A stretch of 64,000 nucleotides of DNA from Rhizaria sp. SCN 62-66. Lineage: Eukaryota. The DNA lies in assembly GCA_001724265.1 (NCBI GenBank), contig MEDY01000088.1, forward strand, positions 1-64,000, in the 5' to 3' direction. Below are positions 26,685 through 36,734 of the stretch, piece by piece. Positions within the stretch are counted from its first letter, which is position 1, and every line of letters begins with the position of its first letter. Below the pieces are notes generated by a model, which worked only from the letters and a program-made list of their open reading frames with translations, searched no databases and was not told the origin of the DNA. The translations under genes and the position numbers were made by a program.

Positions 26685-28527
26685 GGTGGTTAGATAAAGG
26701 ATGCGGGGTACGGGGGTGCAAAGGGACGCGGATGATTGGTCTGGGCAGTGGCTGCGGACAGTCAGAAAGTGATGCGCGAGTCACACTCAAGGACAGGCTA
26801 AGACAGAGGGGGGGATTGGGACTCGAAGAGAGACGACAAGGCAAAGACAACGGGCAGCAAAATTTCAAGACGGTGGTGTGTGGAGCTGCAATGTCGCGGT
26901 ACGGATGCGCAGGGGCGCGGTTGACGCGACGGGGAAGCGGTTGAAGTAACTCGCCGCAACAAAAGCAACGCGAGGTAAGTGCTAAAAGCGAGAGCTCTGC
27001 ATAGGTAAATAAAGGACAATCAAAATGGCAGCACGGCGGGGATGAGAAGTACACTAAGTTCATGTAATAAATATGTCTGTGACATCACTAAAGGCCACGT
27101 CGCCTCCACAAGCTGCATCAACAACATGAGACGAGCAATGTCCAACCACACACCAATCGCGAGAGCTAGGAAAAATCACGCAGGTATAAATCCACGTTGA
27201 CAGAAAATGATTGCAAAAGATCACATAGTATACTCAATATGAAATATGATATACCGGCAAAATATCTAACAAACGTTGGCATATTGAGAAAAAGCTTGTG
27301 GTGAAATCCCCACTTGTCCCCCTCGTCGTCTCTGTCCTCGAATTTTTCGGAACTACCACTATGGCTCGCACGCACCCACACAGCTCGCACACTCATCAAA
27401 ACCATCGATACCGTTGATAAATGACATATGGAGGTTATGGGTCGAGCATGGCTATGAATTGGTGAACCGGGTGTTTATGGTCCTCTGTATAATGTGCCAT
27501 CGTGTTCCTTGTATGCCAATGAATTTTGCGCGAAGCGAACGCTCGCACATCGCGCGACGATTCTTGATTCGCGAGATGATGGCCAAGCGCGCGGTGTGCT
27601 TCACATCACATCCCTAAGGTTAATCAGAACGTTCACCTGGTGTAGGGGTACGTTTGCACTGCCTTGCTGTGCATGTTGCCCTGACGCCATCAGGCACCGC
27701 ATCTTGCATCTTGCAACGCGCGGCACTCAGTCGAGTGGGAGTTGAGCACGTGACCCCTCGCCCGACTGCGCGGACAGGACACGACATCACCGAGGCTTTT
27801 ATGAGAATGTGGGCGTTTTTATCTCTCGAGAACTGAGATGTGGTATTTACCTTTGATGCCGATGAGCTCGTATCGCACACCTATAAGACCTGGAAGATAA
27901 ACTTGCTTTGAGTGCACAATCTGTAAGCAACGCTGGATGTCAATTTGGGAGGCGCCGCGATGTGGAGAGATACGGCGTGGTTATCAAACAAACGTGTGGA
28001 TCAGTACTGCTTAGCAAGCGTGGCCGTCTGGTCACGTAGTGGCGCCCAGTGACAGGATAATGTGAGCGTGCTCAATATGGCCCAAATTCAATCACGGACT
28101 CAACGATAGGCTAAAACAGGGTCAATGAAGATAAAATTCTGGTGTGATAAATTCGGCTATGTTTTGATACATCTTTCAAGTTAAACAATGACATATCTTC
28201 CTTTTTACGAGTATTACTGCGAGCTCTAGTTACTTTCTGTTTTTGGGGTGTCATGATGCACTGGCCGCTTGCCGCACCGGTCGAGAACGAAACTTCGATA
28301 GCGATTATATCGCTAATTTGATCGTCAGTTGCGACGCACAGCATGCACCGTTATTAATTTGACGTGTTTTATATGCCCGTCCTATTAGACTCTTTAAACC
28401 GCTGGTTATCGCTCAGCTCACATCTTTTTCTCACGTCCCCACACGCTTCATTTGCATGTCTTCGGTACTCGCTACAAAAGCCCTCTCCTGCGCTGGTGTG
28501 TCCTTAATTTCTGCCACTGATCTCCCC

Positions 28528-30842
28528 ATGGCGACTCCATTTACGCCCCCTGACACTGATGCGGGTAACGCTCCGGATAAGCTCAAGTATGAGGCGAAAC
28601 TGAACCAAGCCGAGGTTGAAGCAGACTTCGTCCAATGCGTATCCAAGGTCGTGCGCGGACACCCCGTCGTCAACACATACTACGACAACATCGGCACACC
28701 GGGCCGGGCCGAGAAGGTGCTTTGTTTTACTGTCGGTGCGCTGCTGTCCTACGGCCTGGACCGGTTCTACATGCGCTCGCGCAAGCTCATCGGCAAGCGT
28801 CTCGCCACTGCCACCGTGCTCACCAGCGCCACCTACGCCATTCTCAAGAACGTTGTCTACACTGATGCGCCCATGCGCGTCTTTGTTGAAGAAGCGCCCT
28901 GGGCTCTTCGTGATGTTAAACGCAGTGTCCTTGGTGACGTTGCATACCACGTACGTCTTCAAAACGCAATATCGGAATACAGTGTGGACATGTCTACTGA
29001 TCGTAATAGTAGTCTGAGGTGCATCGAATATCTGGATTTCTCACATGCGCGCTCATTATGTTTTCTCGTATTCCCTTGTGTTTGCTGTGTCCCCTTGCAC
29101 CGACCTCTCTGCTGCATAACATGTTTGTCACGCAGTGCTACTCCTCCCTGGACCGCTACAAGGTCTGGGTGGACCTTGCCTCGGCCTCGGCGCACTACGC
29201 GGGCTACATCCCGCCCAAGTGGCGCCAGTACACGCCGCTGTTGTCGCACCCGCTGGCCGGCCCGCAGCTCTCGATGGAGTCGTACGATTATTGGCTTGAC
29301 TGCGCCGAGGCCGTGCCCAAGGACGACTGGCTCAAGTCCTCGCTCGAGCGCCCTACCTATCAGCACCAGTACGTCACGTTGTTGTATACCTGCGCGACCC
29401 GTCTGTTTAATTTTACGTTGGTCCCAATCGATGTGTCTGTCCTAAAATCCGGACACGAAATGTGATTAGTCTATCCCGAATCCTCACACTAGATCTTCTT
29501 TCTCCCTCTGTGTTGCGTTGTGTTTCCCAGACTGGACGGCATGGACCGTTCGCGGCGCTACTATCTAGGCCTGTCGGATGACCACCTGCGCGCGGACGCG
29601 GAGGCGCAGCGCTCTGCGGACCCGCTGGTGAGCGCGGCGCAAGACCTGCGTAAGCTTGCGCAGCAGGCCGCGCAGAGGCTGGGTCCCAACGCCATGAACG
29701 AAGAGGAGGCCGAGGCCGTGCTGCTCAGTGCGCTGTCGCCGGAGGCACTGGCGCGCGCGCAGCGGGCCGCCGACGACTCCGCAGCCGCGGCGGAGGCGGC
29801 CGCCGAGGAGACCGATGCCGCGCGCGAAGAGGCCATCATGTCCGAACTCGCCGACCGCGCGCTGGCCGACGAGCGACGCATCCTGGGGCGGCGCAAGCGG
29901 CGCGGTGGCGACGGCCTGGGCCGCGAGCACCTGGGCGCGTACGAGGACGAAAGCGCCCTCGACGCCGGGCTCCGCAACTCTGCGCAGGGCTCGATGCGCG
30001 ACAAGCGCGTGCAAGGGCAGGACCTCGCAACCGTGGACGCGACGGGGCCCGGCGGCATGGACGGGCTTGCCGAGCTCTCCCCGAGCCGCCGCAGCGGCGG
30101 CAGTGGCAGTGCGCGGAGCGTGGGCGGCCTGAGCTACGACAACGGCTCCGGTGGGGCCACGCTGCGCGGGCGGCGCGGCGCGGCGGCGGCGGCGGCGGCT
30201 GCTGCGGCGGCCGGGCACGGGGGCAACCCCGACGACCCGGGTTTTGCGCCCGATGGCCACGGCGCCGACGACGACGCGGGCAACACGGGCCGCAATGTAC
30301 ACTACTTCGGCCGCCGCAGCGAGGCGACTGAGGCCGAACGGGTCAAGCGGGAGCGCGAGACGCGGTGGCGCCGGCAGCGCGCACTCGAAAACGGCGAGAT
30401 CAGCGACGTTGACGAAGCTGGCGCGCGCTTCCGGCGCCTGAACAAAGGCATTAGCGCCAAGAACAGCGGCGACGACGACGACGAGGATGATGACGATGCG
30501 GCCGAAGAGGCGCGCGCGGCGGCTGCGACGGCCCGCGGCGAGGATTACGGGATGTTCTACAGCAAGGTGAATCCATTGGACGCGCTGAAGGACCCGCGGT
30601 TGGAAGAGGCGCGGCTGCTGCGCGACGCGGAGTTGCGGCTCAAGCAGCCCTCGCGTGTGGCGCAGATGCTGCGCAGCTGGCTCAACTACGTCGACGTCAG
30701 CAAAGAAGAATTCGACGAGCTATTCGATGAGGACGGATACCCCTACGAGTTTGATGATGACGATTATGGTGACGACGATGATGACGATGACGATGGGGGC
30801 TTCGCTGCTGCCGTAGGTGGCGCAACCAATGGCCGCAAGTGA
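28528..30842 (+). CDS. Uncharacterised protein, 3 exons (28528-28950, 29136-29368, 29531-30842), 655 aa, acidic C-terminal half
   Basis: Two AT-rich GTACGT...CAG introns (28951-29135, 29369-29530) join three GC3-biased segments in frame. Hydrophobic stretches in exon 1; TGA stop. The start could alternatively be ATG 28456. Confidence 0.75.
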
Positions 30843-31359
30843 AACGTGACTTCGGTAGACTGATCGGTCGCAAGCTTCGCATTAAAGTTCGGACGATCCG
30901 ATCTATCTGCTTTATTATTTGTATTTAAACGCTGTTTCCTATATAGCGCGCCAAGGCCAGAGATGTATGTCCTAATTTAACATGCGTGCTAGTCCGAATT
31001 AATGTGGACGCACTGACATTTTTTTGTGGTGAAAACACAAAATCGTATATATTTACGTCAGTCTCGTTACAAACGAAAATAATACATGCGTCACATGTTT
31101 TACCCAACTAGATCTCATCCTGAAATTGCATTTTTAATTACCAAATCAAACATTTACCCCGTGTTAAACTGCTCCATAAGCTTGTGCAGTCGCTTGCTGT
31201 TGCTCCTTTTATACTCTCCTTGTGGTGACAGGGGAGAGTGGCGCAGAACTTTGCGATTGATTACCACCGTGTATTTCAACCATTATAGGAGTCTTTCTTC
31301 GCTTTGCTTTTACTTTTTGTCTAACGAATACTAAATAACTTTCTTTAATGTAGAACAAA

Positions 31360-33114
31360 ATGAGTGGAACGCTGAAGAAGATGCAGAGCGTCTCTCAGTC
31401 CGGCTCGTCGTTGAATGCCGCGTTCGTCAGTGCGGGCGAGACGTCTGCGAGCTTCCTGCCTTCGGTCGAGGCGCCCGAGATGGTCCAACAGTACAGTTCG
31501 GACCGACGCGACGCTCTGATTGGCGGCACTGCTGATGCGCTGACGCACGGACTCGACAGCGAAGGTGGAGACTCCGAGGACGATCTCGTGCTGCGCGACG
31601 AGGAAGGCAACCCCGTGCGCCCGCCGCAGACGGAGGTGCCCGCGTTTCTGCGCGAGCAGTGGGAAGCGTTCCGCATGGACGAGCCTCCTGCGTTTACGCG
31701 CTTTGAGCGCATCAAGACCGTGCTTCCGTCTCTCGGTCTCCTTATCTCTGTCGTGCTGCTCGCGGCCGCCGTCGCGACGTTCAAGGCCTCCGAGCCGCAG
31801 CAGTGGTTCGACGAGCTGACCGCATCTTGGAGTGATGCGCCCTTCAGCGACGTGGTTGCCGTTGGCACGGCCAACTGCCCGGATACGCACCCTCTGCGTC
31901 TCTCACCCGGAGGCGTCGATCTCGCCTACGCGCAGGTGACTGTGCCGATGACTTCGGTCGGTTCCGCCGTCACTGAGCCCTTCCGCCTCACGCACTACTA
32001 CACGCGCGCCTTCTGCGGCCGCCGCGACGCAGCGCTCTACCCGCCCGCGCTGTCACGCACGCGCGTGGACCCCGCGACAGGCGGCTGCGTCGACGCCGCG
32101 GCGCTGCGCTGCGGCTCCTCATGCTATGCGCCCGCGAGCGACGGCACGCCCGTGACGCAGTGCCCCGTCACCGGGCTTGCGCTCGAGACCGTGGCTGCTG
32201 ACGAGGCCGGCTCGTGGACTTTCCACAAGCAAAAGTGGGTGCTGCGCGTGCAGCGCGACGCCGCCGCGGAGCCGTTGACGGCGCTGCTGATCGCCGCCGA
32301 GGTGCCGGCCAAGCCGGCCGACGCGCTGTCGTTCCCACCTGTATGCCCCGGTGCGCGCCTGAGCGACGTGCTGCCCACCGAGTGCCCTGCCGAGACACGT
32401 GCGGACGTTGGCGCTGACGACACGTGGCTGGGCGTGGCCCGGTACGACAACAGCGAGTCGCCGCAGGACCCCGAGCTGCAGAGCGTGTGCCGTGACAACG
32501 CTATGCCGACGTCAAAGAAGCTCGACAAGCGTCCCGAGGGTGAGAGTGTTGCGTTGTTCCAGCGCCGCGAGCTTGTCCTCCCGCGCACACCGGCCAAGCT
32601 CACAGCTGCCGCTGCCGATACTGAGTTCGGTGAGGACGAGACCAAAACGTGCGACAAGACCTACCAGTCCGTGCAGTCTGAGCCCGACTCCGTGACTGAG
32701 AGCGTCAAGGGGCGCCTCGCGGGTGCCGCGTCTGTCATGGTGTTTGCGCTTGTGTTGTACTCCGTGTACGCGGGCTGGATCTACCACGCGCGTCTCTCCG
32801 CGCTGCCCACGCGCCTGTCCAAGCACGACCACCTGTACTCGGCGCGCGTCATCGGTGCCGGAGTGTGCTTCGCGGCGACCGCGATGCTGATCGCCGTCCT
32901 CGCGGGTGCCGCGCTGAGCTACGGCAAGATGAACACGTTCGCCAACTCGGGCTGCTTCTCGGGCTCCGCCAAGGCCTGGGCCGAGGGCTCGGCGCGGTAC
33001 ATGCTGCGCCCTATCGGCCTCGTCGCCGGCGCGACTGCTATCCCCGCCATCGTCTTCGGCTATAGCCTCTACCAGCTCATCACCAAGCCGCGCGATGAGC
33101 TTAAGAAGTTCTAA
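31360..33114 (+). CDS. Uncharacterised multi-pass membrane protein with Cys-rich luminal loop, 584 aa
   Basis: Single ORF with coding bias: one N-proximal TM (VLPSLGLLISVVLLAAAVATF), a Cys-rich loop (CPVTGL etc.), three C-terminal TMs; TAA stop. Confidence 0.82.
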   Translation: MSGTLKKMQSVSQSGSSLNAAFVSAGETSASFLPSVEAPEMVQQYSSDRRDALIGGTADALTHGLDSEGGDSEDDLVLRDEEGNPVRPPQTEVPAFLREQWEAFRMDEPPAFTRFERIKTVLPSLGLLISVVLLAAAVATFKASEPQQWFDELTASWSDAPFSDVVAVGTANCPDTHPLRLSPGGVDLAYAQVTVPMTSVGSAVTEPFRLTHYYTRAFCGRRDAALYPPALSRTRVDPATGGCVDAAALRCGSSCYAPASDGTPVTQCPVTGLALETVAADEAGSWTFHKQKWVLRVQRDAAAEPLTALLIAAEVPAKPADALSFPPVCPGARLSDVLPTECPAETRADVGADDTWLGVARYDNSESPQDPELQSVCRDNAMPTSKKLDKRPEGESVALFQRRELVLPRTPAKLTAAAADTEFGEDETKTCDKTYQSVQSEPDSVTESVKGRLAGAASVMVFALVLYSVYAGWIYHARLSALPTRLSKHDHLYSARVIGAGVCFAATAMLIAVLAGAALSYGKMNTFANSGCFSGSAKAWAEGSARYMLRPIGLVAGATAIPAIVFGYSLYQLITKPRDELKKF

Positions 33115-34144
33115 GCTGAACAATTGACATCAACGTTGAAACAGCCGTATGTGGTTGATTGTGGATGTATCCAAATTGTTCATGATATTGTGATGATGAC
33201 GTTCAACGTGCGTTTGTTACGAAAGCACGTTATTTTATTTGCTGTGGTGATGATATCTGTTGAATGCATAGGCAGGTTTGGGAATTGAGTTGTCTAAGTC
33301 TCAATGATCGGTATCCCACCCTAAACTGTCTGCTTGCATGACTGTGTTCTGCTCGTTTTTAGCTGTAATTCTTTTGTTTCGGACATGTAATCGCATGTCA
33401 AGTTCAAAAGAAGGAGAAATAAATTCAACCTGTATCTTTATTTCAATGAAAACGAAAGAGTTACAACAAATGTGATGACAGTTGGTTGATGGGATACTAC
33501 AAATGCAAATAGTGTGGCGCAGTAATGCACTACACTGCATACAGATCCTTTGGAGAAGCGACAGTCATATTGCATATGTGTTGCAGCAAACAAAGAGCAG
33601 CGCAGAGCAACTGAGCGCCATGGGTAGCAGTCAGGACTCGCGCACTCAATCTGAGCACTGCTACACAGCATGCATTTAGCGCAAGTGATATGATAACGCA
33701 TCGCGCTACACACAATGTGCACGCGCGCTCGCTCGCTCAGTCACTGGCCATGGGGTGAATGGACAGATATAGATATAAAATACGAGAAACCAGACAGAAA
33801 GAAAATAAATTGAGGCGCGAAAAAGAAGTAGAACAGGAATGCGAATACGAACACTGAACAAAAGAAAACACATACGGATAGAACGGTAACAATACGGACC
33901 AAAAAAAAAAACATAAGCAGGTACTAATATTAGTTTAAACGTAAACGTAAAAATGACGGGTGAAACTAGATAGATATCCAAGCACTGATGCAGGCCTGTC
34001 CGTCTGCACAGCACGCATACCAGAGCAAACTAGTCACGAGAGCGATGGAAGGGATATAGGATGACAACGGCTTGTTGTCCTTTCTTTGCCCCACACCTCA
34101 CCAAAGCAAGAAAGCTTGGTTTGTCTCGTTGTGCAGCCTTGCGC

Positions 34145-35974
34145 TCATTCGCGCCCGAACGCCTGGAGGCGGAGGCCGAGCACGGCTTGCGCGCCGCAGG
34201 GCTCCTGCGCCTCGGTGCTCGTCTCGGGCCGCAGCGGCGCGGCGCCCAGCGCGGCCGCGAGCGCGCGTGCCGAGGCCGTGTTGCCGACGACGGCAATGTA
34301 CTCGGCGCTGAAGAGCCACAAGAAGGCCAGCACGCGACGCGCGCGGCGCACGACGACGGCACGCCGGTCCTGCTCCGAGAGCTCTGTGTCAGCGCAGTCG
34401 TCGTGGTCGAGACACTTGAGCATCTGCTCCACCTCGGCAGCCGCCGACGCAGTCGCCGCGGCCCCGCCAGCAACGCCGGCCCCAGCCTTGCGCGCGGGCA
34501 GCGCGGCCAGGTCAGAGCTCAGCACCGCCGACGGGCCCGCGATCCGCTTGCGCAGCAGCGCCGTGCGCACGGGGTCCGAGGTGAAGGCGGCGTCCAGGTC
34601 GCCGTCCAGCAGCCCAAAGGTGACCTCAGGGAAGAGCGTCTGCAGCGTCGCCACGCTCTCCTCGTCCTCGGCGCTGCGGTCCGCCAGCACGGGCGCCGGC
34701 GCCGCGCCAGCCGTGGCGGCCTCCTCGCTGAGCCCGCGCAGCAGCGCCGCCAGCCGGCCCTCGGCGCCGTCCATCCGCGCCGTCGCGCTGCCCCCCGCGG
34801 CGGCCGGGCCCGAGCGCGTGGTGCCCGCGGCGGCGGCCGCAGCGGCGGCGGCCGTGGAGCGCGGGTCGGCGAAGCCCTCGTCCCAGATGACGGGCTCGAG
34901 GCAGAGCACGGGGACCTGCGTCCACAGCGCGCCGTAGGCAAGCTTGGCGGCCGCGATCACGCTCGCGCGCGGCGGGACAACGATGAGGTCAAGCGGCATG
35001 CCACGGTCGAGCGAAACGGCGACGCGGCGGCGCATCGCGCGCGCGGAGGCCAGCAGCGCCGCGGGGGCCGCCTGGGTCGAGACGTGGACGAGGTGGAAGA
35101 CCTTGCCGCTGCCCGAGAGCGAGGCGAGGCGCGGCCGCGACATCGCCAGCGAGTGCGCCACGCGCTCCCATGTCATGCCGGGCGCCAGCACACGTAGTGG
35201 TTGGCGCGACGGGGACACGGCAGGAGACGGGGCGGCAGGCGCGGGCGCCACGGCAGCGCCGTCAGCAGAGCCTGAGAGAGAGCTAGAGCTGGCGTTGCCG
35301 GAGGCGTCGCCGGAGATTGTGAGCACAGAGGCAACAGCAGCGGCGGCGGCGGGCTCAGCGTCGGAGCCGTCGGTGTAGTCGGTGAGGTCATCGTCGTCGT
35401 CGTCGTCGTTGCCGTTCTCGCTAGCATCGGTGTCGCCGGCGATGAAGGCGCCGCGCACGTGGTTGAAGCGCGTGCCCTGCACGAGTGCGCGGTTCTTCAT
35501 GATCAAAATGAGTTCCGCCTGTGAGTCGGCGGCACGGAAGTCCTTCGCGGTGAGCGTGTCGGTGTTGAATGTGAGGTCGAACGGGTGAACCGACTTGGCC
35601 AGGTCCGCAACGGGGTCCTGCTTCCACGCGTACACGAGCACGCGCAGCAGCACAGCGCTCGCGCCGATCATCGAGACCGTCGTGGCAGTCGTCGCAACGG
35701 CCGACGCGCTAAAGCTAAGCACGTACTGGCCCGCCAAGAGAGCAGCGATGACCGCGGACATGCCGCCAAAGATTGCACGGGATGAAGAGATGCCAGTGAA
35801 ATAGAGACCGTCGACACGCTTGGCAGCCTCCATCGCCGACGCAGACCCTGCGGGGCCCGTAGAAGTGTATCCATGGCGCTTTACCAGCGAAACGCGTCCG
35901 TCAGTGGGCTTGGAAGGGGTTCGGGAGGCGACGGTCGTCTCCTTGACGGGGGTGGCAGCCAAAGAGGACGACAT
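34145..35974 (-). CDS. Membrane-anchored histidine-phosphatase (PGAM/PMU1-like) fold protein with degenerate active site, 609 aa
   Basis: KVFHLVHVS, DLIVVPP, LQTLFPEVTFGLL and RRARRVLAFLW...EYIAVVGN follow the PGAM-family motif order; two N-terminal hydrophobic segments; TGA stop. Confidence 0.6.
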   Translation of the reverse strand: MSSSLAATPVKETTVASRTPSKPTDGRVSLVKRHGYTSTGPAGSASAMEAAKRVDGLYFTGISSSRAIFGGMSAVIAALLAGQYVLSFSASAVATTATTVSMIGASAVLLRVLVYAWKQDPVADLAKSVHPFDLTFNTDTLTAKDFRAADSQAELILIMKNRALVQGTRFNHVRGAFIAGDTDASENGNDDDDDDDLTDYTDGSDAEPAAAAAVASVLTISGDASGNASSSSLSGSADGAAVAPAPAAPSPAVSPSRQPLRVLAPGMTWERVAHSLAMSRPRLASLSGSGKVFHLVHVSTQAAPAALLASARAMRRRVAVSLDRGMPLDLIVVPPRASVIAAAKLAYGALWTQVPVLCLEPVIWDEGFADPRSTAAAAAAAAAGTTRSGPAAAGGSATARMDGAEGRLAALLRGLSEEAATAGAAPAPVLADRSAEDEESVATLQTLFPEVTFGLLDGDLDAAFTSDPVRTALLRKRIAGPSAVLSSDLAALPARKAGAGVAGGAAATASAAAEVEQMLKCLDHDDCADTELSEQDRRAVVVRRARRVLAFLWLFSAEYIAVVGNTASARALAAALGAAPLRPETSTEAQEPCGAQAVLGLRLQAFGRE

Positions 35975-36585
35975 TGCTGCAAGGGGCACGAAGAATCAAT
36001 ATGACGAGCCCAGCGTAAAGCGAACTGCAGCGTGAATCGTTTCAGAACAAGTCTAAGAATGCATGAAACCCGTAAATATTAAAAAACGCGTGAGAAGGAT
36101 GCAGGAAAAATTGGGAGCACGATCCGGACAAAGGGGCGGATACGTGAACTTGCTTCACATCGTCCTTATGTTTGCCAGGCGCGCCCAACGAGTCTTATAC
36201 ACGATTTTATAGCTCAGAAAAAAATATGTAATAGTCCACTACATGAAACAGCTTGAATTTAACCCTGTTGGCGTTTTGTCGATTGCAATCTTGTATGCTA
36301 CACTTAGAAAAAAACAGTCCGGTTTGCACCACTGGCTCATTGTCTCCTTCACTCACCGCACCTCACTGGTTGGCTTTTCTTTTCGGTCGTGCCTAGTTTT
36401 AAACGACTTGACTAACTTTAAACAATCAAAGATTCTGTCCTCTGATGGCTCAGGCACTACTATGAGCCAATTTAGACAGGAAAACAGTAGAATTAATTGA
36501 TTAAAATAGTCATGGACAGAATAAAAAGATTTATTTACTTGAAAGTCAAAACTAGATAGCATTATTCTCTTCATAAAAGTCATGT

Positions 36586-36731
36586 CAAGTTGTTAAAAAT
36601 GATCACTCCAGGGGTGTTAAGATCTCGGTCATTTCACCGGGCCAAGGCGAAGCCTTGGGCTGGTGTCTTTAGCCACGGCTTATTTTGCCACTCAACACCC
36701 CTGGAATGATCATTTTGTTAATATCAACTTG
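36586..36731. repeat. Palindromic element: about 23-40 bp imperfect terminal inverted repeats enclosing 3-4 small hairpins (MITE-like)
   Basis: AAAATGATCACTCCAGGGGTGTT (36596-36618) pairs with AACACCCCTGGAATGATCATTTT (36694-36716) with one mismatch; outer CAAGTTG/CAACTTG; inner CCAAGGC-GAA-GCCTTGG. Confidence 0.85.
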
Positions 36732-36734
36732 CAT

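Noticed and set aside
33319-33327. ACCCTAAAC as a telomerase RNA template for TTTAGGG
   Set aside because: A 9-mer between convergent genes with no supporting structure or promoter; compatible with chance.
36586-36731. Cloverleaf-like palindrome as a tRNA (e.g. the UAG-decoding tRNA)
   Set aside because: No GTTCRA T-loop or D-loop consensus, wrong stem lengths, no CUA anticodon loop. I saw no tRNA gene anywhere in the window.
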